Part shown: piece after piece, positions 23,113 through 32,100 of the stretch | Position numbering within the stretch: the first letter of the stretch is position 1 | Layout of the letters: each line of letters starts with the position of its first letter | Assembly (NCBI GenBank): GCA_963750165.1 | Contig: CAVVPN010000006.1 | Location: 1-58,363, forward strand | Length of the DNA stretch: 58,363 bases | Direction of reading: 5' to 3' | DNA from: an uncultured Gemmataceae bacterium | GTDB lineage: Bacteria; Planctomycetota; Planctomycetia; Gemmatales; Gemmataceae | Program-made: the position numbers and the translations under genes | Notes under the pieces: model-generated | Databases searched by the model: none | Told to the model about the DNA's origin: nothing | Seen by the model: the letters and a program-made list of their open reading frames with translations, nothing else

Positions 23113-24862
23113 TTATGATGCCCCAACAAGAGGAGTTGACAAGGTGCTGCTAAGTCCAGCTCTGCTAAACGCGTTCTGACAGACTCGACAGATCGGCTTG
23201 GTAGCCCCAATTGCAACAAGGCTTGCACCAGCCTCTTTTTTAATTGCACGAAGGAGTTGCCTTTCAGCGTCGTTAAGGTGGTTCCCAGGCTTGCCAGGCT
23301 TTGCCGAAATCCCTTTTGGATCAAAATCCTTCTTAAACCGCACAGCGAGGCCATCAGGGTTCAGTTTTTTATCATTGTGGAGGGCATCCAACACTCTTTG
23401 GGGAACCTTCTTGCTTCCGTTTGCAGACACCCAGATCTCTCGGCCGTTCTTGGTTTTCACCTCAGCAACAGCATAGGTAATCCGGGGATTGGGCTGCATC
23501 ACACGATTCCCGTTTTTATCAAAAACGGGCTTGCCATTGCTTCGCTTTTGCTTCAAGGGGATCTGAGAAGACAGCCATGCACTCCTCTGGGCAGTGAGTT
23601 GCTGAGGGTTTTGGTTTTGCTCGTTCCCATACTTCGAGTTGTGCGCCAGACGGAAAAGCCCCACGTCTCACCGCCGACGAAGTAGGTGTGGAACTCCTCC
23701 ACCTGGAAGTTGTAGACCGTCGTGACTTCGCCGGTGTCCGCGACGCCCTCGACGCGCAGCACCTGGCCGTCGTGGCTGAGCAGCAGGTCGCCGTCCTCCA
23801 GGAACGCCGCCTCCGTCCACCCCTTCCACAGCACGTAGAACGGGTGCTCCGCCGTCGTCCGCACCTCCACCCCCGCCACCCGCACCGCCAGTATAGGCGC
23901 CACCCGCACGAACGTCTGCACCACCCGCCGGTAGGCCAGCGGACCGTCCGGGTCTTGCTCCGCGCGCGACAGCAGCCGGTCGTCAAAGGTGATGTCCTCC
24001 ACCGCCTTGAGGCCGCCTTCGGTGTGCAGCTTGGTCCCCGCCGGGAAACACGAGCGCGTGGCCGAGAAGATGTCCGCGGCGCCCTGCGCCACCTGCAGCA
24101 TGCCGCCGACCAGGTCGCCGTTGGCGATGGCCTGGATGCCCTGCACGCCGCTGCCGACCCCCTGCACCACCGACACGCCGCGCGTCACCCAGACCGCCGC
24201 GAACTCCGCCACCGAGCCCGCGAACTCCCCGGCCGCCTTCGAGGCCGTCCAGCCCTTGGCCGCCGCGCCCACCACGCACGGCCCCGCCTGAATCGCAAAC
24301 ATCGCGAGCGACTGGCCCGCCATCCAGCCCGCGTCCGTCCACCGCCCCTGCAGCGCCACGTCCCCCGCCTGCGCCAGCCCCCCGGCCAGCTGGTAGCCGC
24401 GCAGCGCGTTGGCCGCCACCCCCAGCCAGCCCCCCGGCGTCCACACCGTCAGCGCGATCTGCACCACCTGACCGGCCTGCTGCCCCGCCTGGTACGAGCC
24501 CGACTGCGTGTTGATGAACCCGCCCAGGCTCAGGTCGCCCCCCGTCAGCAGCCCGTACCCCGCGCTGTTCAGCAGCCAGTGGCCGAACTGCGTGCGGAAC
24601 AGCCCCCCCGTCAGCTGGTCCGCCACCCCCGCCGCCCACTCCACCCCGCGCCGCCAGTAGTCCGTCGTCACGCTCCCGCCCGGCGGCAGGGCGGCGCACA
24701 GCGCCTCCCAGCTCTTGGTCGCCGTCAGCGCCAGCGGGTCGGCCGCCCGCGCCGCCTGCTCGAAGCGCTGCCAGGCGGCGTCCAGCACGGGCTCGGCCGG
24801 CCCGCCCGGCAGCAGCAGCGCCCACGCCCGCCACTGGTTCACCGGCAGCCCCGCGCCGGCGC
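23113..24862 (-). pseudogene. Orphan toxin cassette 3: neck, Hint (allele A), deaminase-fold tip (23113-23637)
   Basis: Tip NHLNDAERQLL...IGATKPICRVC; one C missing near 23646 relative to sibling copies. Confidence 0.85.
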
Positions 24863-24936
24863 CTGTGTCATGCAATCACAAATGAGGGAGTACGGAAAAC
24901 CAGCACCAATTATACTTCAGCTGATTTCAATATGAA

Positions 24937-25269
24937 TTAGCAAGGATAGTCGCACGAAAATGGGAATGTGAACAACTCTGAATTAAGGTTTCGCTTTGAA
25001 AGGAAAGATTCTACCTCCTCAAGGGAGTCAGCCACCACGTTTTCGTGGTTAATGATGAACGGTTCGTCTCCGTCGAGATTGTTATCCCTCTCTTCAAGAT
25101 CTTTGATGCCAATCTCGATCCAGCGTAAGCGATACCGCTTTCTCTCATCGTCGGGGTCCAGGAAAGGGTAAATTGCAACCCACGATCGATACCCTGGCAA
25201 CGACGCAGGGACTTCAGTAGCTAATACTTCACCGCGATCAAGGTTCCAGACAAATGTAGAATCCAGCAC
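24937..25269 (-). CDS. Immunity protein for cassette 2 (unassigned)
   Basis: AT-rich acidic 110-aa ORF, GGAGG RBS, GTG start, directly after the tip. Confidence 0.7.
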   Translation of the reverse strand: MLDSTFVWNLDRGEVLATEVPASLPGYRSWVAIYPFLDPDDERKRYRLRWIEIGIKDLEERDNNLDGDEPFIINHENVVADSLEEVESFLSKRNLNSELFTFPFSCDYPC

Positions 25270-25302
25270 GGGTCTTCCTCCAGCATCGGAGTTTAACGCG
25301 AT

Positions 25303-28207
25303 CTACGAGGGCGGCGCGACCGTACTTGGAAGGCCAGCAGGACGAGGGCCGTAGAGGATTCGGACAACTCGGCCGTCATGGGTGTGGATCTGAAGATGAG
25401 GCCAATAGCTGTGGGCATTCCCATCATCATAATGCCCCTCCATCCTCGTTGCGCCAGGGATCCGCTCGCTGCTCTTTCCGGGGACATCGTCCCAATGGTA
25501 TGTACCGGCTTTGCCATGCCTCCTGTATTCTTCCGACTTCCATCCCGTCGTGTCCCGGTACTTTGGGTTTTTGCCTGAACGAAACTCCCTGAAAAACACT
25601 TCCTTCGCCTCGTTTTTATTCTTAACAAGGATTTCATTCTTATTGCCGTCTCGGAGTTGCTTACCCTTTTTGGCCAGTTCCTTGGAAGAGTAATCATTGT
25701 GTGCCCAGACGGAGAAATCCCACCCATCGTCGCCGACGAAGTAGGTGTGGAAGTCGGCCACGCGCAGGTTGTACACCTGCTGGTACAGGCCGCTTGGCGC
25801 CACCCCCTCCACCGCCGTCGTCGCGCCGACCGCCATCCCCAGGATACCGTCACCAATAGCCAACTCGCCCGCCGCCGTCCAGCCCCGACCCGCCACCCCG
25901 AACGGGTGCTCCGCCGTCGTCTCGATGATGCTCCCGCCCACGTGCAGGTTTGTCACCAGCGCCCAGGTCACGAACACCGCCTCGATCCGCTTCCACACTA
26001 GCGGACCTTCCGGGTCGTTCTCGTCCCGCGACAGAACTTCGTCGCCCACCCGCAGCCGGTCCAGCCGCCGCCAGCCCTCGCCCCAGCCCCCCGCGCGTAC
26101 ACCTTGGTCCGGCCCGTGAAGCACGAGCGCGCGGCCGAGAAGATGTCCGCGGCCCCCTGCGCGACCTGCAGCATGCCCCCGACCAGGTCGCCGTTGGCCA
26201 TCGCCTGGATGCCCTGCACGCCGCTGCCGACCCCCTGCACCACCGAGATGCCGCGCGTCACCCAGACCGCCGCGAACTCCGCCACCGAGCCCGCGAACTC
26301 CCCGGCCGCCTTCGAGGCCGTCCAGCCCTTGGCCGCCGCGCCCACCACGCACGGACCCGCCTGAATCGCAAACATCGCGAGCGACTGGCCCGCCATCCAG
26401 CCCGCGTCCGTCCACCGCCCCTGCAGCGCCACGTCCCCCGCCTGCGCCAGCCCCCCGGCCAGCTGGTAGCCGCGCAGCGCGTTGGCCGCCACCCCCAGCC
26501 AGCCCCCCGGCGTCCACACCGTCAGCGCGATCTGCACCACCTGGCCGGCCTGCTGCCCCGCCTGGTACGAGCCCGACTGCGTGTTGATGAACCCGCCCAG
26601 GCTCAGGTCGCCCCCCGTCAGCAGCCCGTACCCCGCGCTGTTCAGCAGCCAGCGGCCGAACTGCGTGCGGAACAGCCCGCCCGTCAGCTGGTCCGCCACC
26701 CCCGCCGCCCACTCCACCCCGCGCCGCCAGTAGTCCGTCGTCACGCTCCCGCCCGGCGGCAGGGCGGCGCGCAGCGCCTCCCAGCTCTTCGTCGCCGCCA
26801 GCGCCAGCGGGTCGGCCGCCCGCGCCGCCTGCTCGAAGCGCTGCCAGGCGTCGTCCAGCACGGGCTCGGCCGGCCCGCCCGGCAGCAGCAGCGCCCACAC
26901 CCGCCATTGGTTCACCGGCAGCCCCGCGCCGGCGCTCGCCTGCGTCAGCCAGTCCGTCTCGCGCGTCGCCGGGTTGTAGGGGCCGTCCGGGACCCGCCAC
27001 GGCCGGTCCGTCATGGCGAACACCCGCCAGCCCGTGAAGTACGGGAACAGGCCCTCGTACTTGGCCGCCACGCCCGGCGCCAGCGGCGGCGTCACCAGCC
27101 CATCCGGCAGGGGCAGTGCCAACGCCCGCGGCCAGTGCGTCGGGTCGGCCAGGCCGTCCGCCCCGCCCGGCTCGAGGATCTCCGTCCAGCCCTGCAGCAG
27201 GTTCAGCCCGGCGTGGTTCGGCTCCCCCGGGCCGGCCAGCGCCGCCGCCGTGTCGGTCGGCCCGTTGCTGTAGTTCTCGTCGCTGCCGCCCTGGGTGTAG
27301 GTGGCGTAAGACGCGGCGCTGGCGGTGCCGGTGGCCCCCGTCCCCGAGACGGTGAGCAGACTGAGCGTCGCCAGGGTGCCCACCACGCTGCCGCTGACCG
27401 AGTCGTAGCCGGTGTCCAGGCTGCTCTGGTTCAGGTCGTAGGAACTCAGGTCGTAGGCGGGCGCGCTGTTGCCCACGGCGGTGGACGTGCCGGCCGCGTG
27501 CAGGCTGTAGGTGCCGCGCAGGTCGCGGTTGTGCTCGAAGTCGGTGCCGCCGCTGTCGCCCGTCTCGGCCGAGCTGAAAGAGCCGGTGGCGGCGGCGTCT
27601 TGCGTGAAGCCGATGGTCGTGGTGCCGCCGGCGTAGGTGACGCTCAGCGACAGGGTGAAGCCGCTGTCACCGCCGCCGGTGGCCGAGAAGCTGTCCGAGC
27701 CCGATTGGCCGCTGTAGGACCACGGCTCGTAAGTCCCCTTGGCGGCGCTGAAGCTGTTGCCCCCGGTCTGGTCGTCCGTCCAGCGGGCGCCGGCGAAGTA
27801 CTGGAACGAGGTCACCGACACGGTGTCCGTGGCCCACTGCTCGTCGCTGGAGGAGTAGCTGCCCAGGTTGGTGTCGCGGAAGCCGCTGCCGGTGGTCGTC
27901 AGCGTGTTGCGGCCCGCCAGGTCGATGGACAACTCGTCGCCGCTGGTGACCTTCAGCGCGTAGCTGGACAGGCCGTCAGGCCAGCCGCTGCCGCCGGCCG
28001 CCTCCTCGACGTGCAGGGTGGCCAGGGACCAGCGGTCGTCCTGGGCGGTGCCGGCCTGCCAGGAGTCGTCCTGGGTGGTGGCGGTGGCGTTGAACGGCGC
28101 GTTCTGGCCCAGCGCGAAGGTGCCGGTGACCGTCCCGTTCGCCGACACCGTCTCCCGGCTGGTGTACGTCACGCCCTGCGTGGCACTGGCGACGCCGTCC
28201 AGCAGGA
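25303..28207 (-). pseudogene. Orphan toxin cassette 2: neck, Hint (allele B), His-rich putative nuclease tip (25303-25695)
   Basis: Tip GTYHWD...GHYD...HSYWPHLQIH; frameshift near 26087. Confidence 0.85.
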
Positions 28208-28222
28208 TGCCGGTTCAGGGGA

Positions 28223-28579
28223 TCAATTCCGGCGCAGGTCGTCGGGCGGGCGCGTCAGGAGTTGGTCGCCCGGCCGGAGGTCTTCGACTTTTTTGGGGCC
28301 GTCGGGGGTGGCCAGCGTGGTGCCGGCCAGCAAGCCGCCGTGGCGCAGGCAGCGGGTGATGTCGTCCTCCGGCTGCGGCGCTGCGGCCCCGTCGCTGCCG
28401 CGGGTGACGGCCTCGATGGTCAGGGTGCGGCCGTCCTGACCGAGGAACCGGTCACCGGCGCGGAGGTCGGCGGCCAGGGTCCAGCCGCGGTTGAGGACGT
28501 AGAAGGGGCGGGCCGCCGTCGTCCGGATGGTTTGACCGCGGACGTACAGGGTGACGCCATCGCTTGGGGTGAGAGCCAT
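28223..28579 (-). CDS. Circularly permuted, catalytically dead stand-alone Hint-like protein (118 aa)
   Basis: GGAGG RBS plus ATG; Hint middle (IRTTAARPFYV..RGW..AADL.AGD) precedes Hint N-terminus (GLLAGT.LATPDG.KKVEDLRPGD.LL). Confidence 0.7.
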   Translation of the reverse strand: MALTPSDGVTLYVRGQTIRTTAARPFYVLNRGWTLAADLRAGDRFLGQDGRTLTIEAVTRGSDGAAAPQPEDDITRCLRHGGLLAGTTLATPDGPKKVEDLRPGDQLLTRPPDDLRRN

Positions 28580-28795
28580 CGCTTCCCTCCCGGTGCTTGG
28601 GAACCTGGGTGGCGACGGGCACCGCCCGCCGGCGTGTGGGCTTTGGCCGGCCGCGGCCGAGGACAGCGGCAGCCTCATTGTCGCCCACCTTCCGACCCGC
28701 TCGTCTCGCTGAACCACTTGAGGTGCAGTTTGCCGCTAATTGGTTTTACTGTAAGTCATTGCGGGAATCTTCCCGATTTTCCCGCCACCGGACCT

Positions 28796-29143
28796 CTAAT
28801 GTCGTTTTCGACGACGCTTGCTCTCTTTTACTGATGTTCTCAGATCTCGCCACCTCCACGAAATAAGGCCATCTGGTTGTATCGCAGGGATGGAAATACC
28901 CCTTTTATCACCTTTTTCATCTAACAACTCCCAATTATCCTCGTTTAAGAAATGCTCCGGGAATGGTGGATCCTGCGAGAAATTATCTGGGTTTGTCATA
29001 AAATTGAAAAATTCAAAGAATTCAGAGGTAACACTAGGGCCCGGAGCAAACTGTCCATGCATCCAAAGGCCCTCGCCCTCGACAGACGTAATTTCTCCAA
29101 GCACCCGGCCAGAGAAAAGTAATTCCACAGCGTTTTTCCTCAA
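28796..29143 (-). CDS. Cognate immunity protein of the full-length toxin
   Basis: TTG start overlaps the toxin TGA; AT-rich; no recognised family. Confidence 0.7.
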   Translation of the reverse strand: MRKNAVELLFSGRVLGEITSVEGEGLWMHGQFAPGPSVTSEFFEFFNFMTNPDNFSQDPPFPEHFLNEDNWELLDEKGDKRGISIPAIQPDGLISWRWRDLRTSVKESKRRRKRH

Positions 29144-32100
29144 TGCGATCTTGTGACCGTCAAAAACCGAGATGGGACAACCCCCTGGATCAAGTACTCA
29201 TTGTCTCTGATTGCGAAGGATGTTGCCATCTTCTTCCAATGAGGAGTGAGGTTGGGATCGCGCTGGATTGCTCTCCGCACCTGCGATGGCGTGTAAATCC
29301 TCACCCCTTTTACTTCACCGGACCTGATCGCGGCCCGAAGTCCTTTGAGATCGACCTTAATGACGTTTTTCCCGTATCCAGCCGCAACCTGCCCATTCGG
29401 CGTGAGACTAATGAAGGGGCTATTGGACTTGGCACGTCCCCGGAACCCACCAAGGACATGCTCACCAACCGAGACTTGCCTGCCCTTATATTGCCCAGTC
29501 AGGCTCGCAGGTCGCAGATCGCCAGCCCGGTTAATGTAAGGTTTACGGAGTCCGTTCTTCGGGCTTAGGGCTTTCCGGGGAGCGTCATCACCTCGGTAGC
29601 CGTTGTTCGCGTTGTGTGCCCAGATGGAGAAGCCCCACCCATCCCCGCCAACGAAGTAGGTGTGGAACTCCTCCACCTGGAAGTTGTAGACCGTCGTCAC
29701 TTCGCCCGTGTCGGTGACGCCTTCGACGCGCAGCACCTGGCCGTCGTGGCTGAGCAGCAGGTCGCCGTCCTCCAGGAACGCCGCCCCCGTCCACCCCTTC
29801 CACAAGACGTAGAACGGGTGCTCCGCCGTCGTCCGCACCTCCACCCCCGCCACCCGCACCGCCAGTATAGGCGCCACCCGCACGAACGTCTGCACCACCC
29901 GCCGGTACGCCAGCGGCCCGTCCGGGTCGTCCTCCGCGCGCGACAGCAGCCGGTCGTCGAAGGTGATGTCCTCCACCGCCTTGAGGCCGCCTTCGGTGTG
30001 CAGCTTGGTCCCCGCCGGGAAGCACGAGCGCGTGGCCGAGAAGAGGTCCGCGGCCCCCTGCGCCACCTGCAACATGCCCCCGACCAGGTCGCCGTTGGCG
30101 ATGGCCTGGATGCCCTGCACGCCGCTGCTGACCCCCTGCACCACCGACACGCCGCGCGTCACCCAGCTCGCCGCGAACTGCGCCACCGAGCCCGCGAACT
30201 CCCCGGCCACCTTGCCCACCCGCGCACGGCCCCGCCTGGATGAGCAGCATCGCAAACGACTGGCCCGCCATCCAGCCCGCGTCCGTCCACCGCCCCGCCA
30301 GCGCCACGTCCCCCGCCTGCGCCAGCCCCCCGGCCAGCTGGTAGCCGCGCAGCGCGTTGGCCGCCACCCCCAGCCAGCCCCCCGGCGTCCACACCGTCAG
30401 CGCGATCTGCACCACCTGACCGGCCTGCTGCCCCGCCTGGTACGAGCCCGACTGCGTGTTGATGAACCCGCCCAGGCTCAGGTCGCCCCCCGTCAGCAGC
30501 CCGTACCCCGCGCTGTTCAGCAGCCAGCGGCCGAACTGCGTGCGGAACAGCCCGCCCGTCAGCTGGTCCGCCACCCCCGCCGCCCACTCCACCCCGCGCC
30601 GCCAGTAGTCCGTCGTCACGCTCCCGCCCGGCGGCAGGGCGGCGCACAGCGCCTCCCAGCTCTTCGTCGCCGCCAGCGCCAGCGGGTCGGCCGCCCGCGC
30701 CGCCTGCTCGAAGCGCTGCCAGGCGGCGTCCAGCACGGGCTCGGCCGGCCCGCCCGGCAGCAGCAGCGCCCACACCCGCCATTGGTTCACCGGCAGCCCC
30801 GCGCCGGCGCTCGCCTGCGTCAGCCAGTCCGTCTCGCGCGTCGCCGGGTTGTACGGGCCGTCCGCCACCCGCCACGGCCGGTCCGTCATGGCGAACACCC
30901 GCCAGCCGGTGAAGTACGGGAACAGGCCCTCGTACTTGGCCGCCGCGGTCGGCGCCCAGGCGGCACCACCAGCCCATCCGGCAGGGGCAGCGCCAGCGCC
31001 CGCGGCCAGCGCGTCGGGTCGGCCATCCCGTCTGCCCCGCCCGGCTCGAGGATCTCCGTCCAGCCCTGCAGCAGGCTCAGCCCGGCGTGGTTCGGCTCCC
31101 CCGGGCCGGCCAGCGCCGCCGCCGTGTCGGTCGGCCCGTTGCTGTAGTTCTCGGTGCTGCCGCCCTGGGTGTAGGTGGCGTAAGACGCGGCACTGGCGGT
31201 GCCGGTGGCCCCCGTCCCCGAGACGGTGAGCAGACTGAGCGTCGCCAGGGTGCCCACCCCGCTGCCGCTGACCGAGTCGTAGCCGGTGTCCAGGCTGCTC
31301 TGGTTCAGGTCGTAGGAACTCAGGTCGTAGGCGGGCGCGCTGTTGCTCACGGCGGTGGACGTGCCGGCCGCGTGCAGGCTGTAGGTGCCGCGCAGGTCGC
31401 GGTTGTGCTCGAAGTTGGTGCCGCCGCTGTCGCCCGTCTCGGCCGAGCTGAAAGAGCCGGTGGCGGCGTCGTCTTGCGTGAAGCCGATGGTCGTGGTGCC
31501 GCTGGCGCCGGTGTTGGTGACATTCAGCGCCAGGGTGAAGCCGCTGTCGCCGCCGCCGGTGGCCGAGAAGCTGTCCGTGCCCGACTGGCCGCTGTAGGAC
31601 CACGACTCGTAGGTCCCCTTGGCGGCGCTGTAGCTGTTGCCCCCGGTCTGGTCGTCCGTCCAGCGGGCGCCGGCGAAGTACTGGAACGAGGTCACCGACA
31701 CGGTGTCCGTGGCCCACTGCTCGTCGCTGGAGGAGTAGCTGCCCAGGTTGGTGTCGCGGAAGCCGCTGCCCGTGGTCGTCAGCGTGTTGCGGCCGGCCAA
31801 ATCGATGGACAACTCGTCGCCGCTGGTGACCTTCAGCGCGTAGCTGGACAGGCCGTAAGGCCAGCCGCTGCCGCCGGCCGCGCCCTCGACGTGCAGGGTG
31901 GCCAGGGACCAGCGGTCGTCCTGGGCGGTGCCGGCCTGCCAGGAGTCGTCCTGGGTGGTGGCGGTGGCGTTGAACGGCGCGTTCTGGCCCAGCGCGAAGG
32001 TGCCGGTGACCGTGCCGTTGGCCGACACCGTCTCCCGGCTGGTGTACGTCACGCCCTGCGTGGCACTGGCGACGCCGTCGAGCAGGAAACAGGACAGGCC

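Noticed and set aside
5635..29143. Integron-style cassette array
   Set aside because: No attC-like sites or IntI seen; long neck homology is enough to explain exchange
8395..30300. Diversity-generating retroelement
   Set aside because: No reverse transcriptase; differences between copies are not adenine-specific and tips are non-homologous
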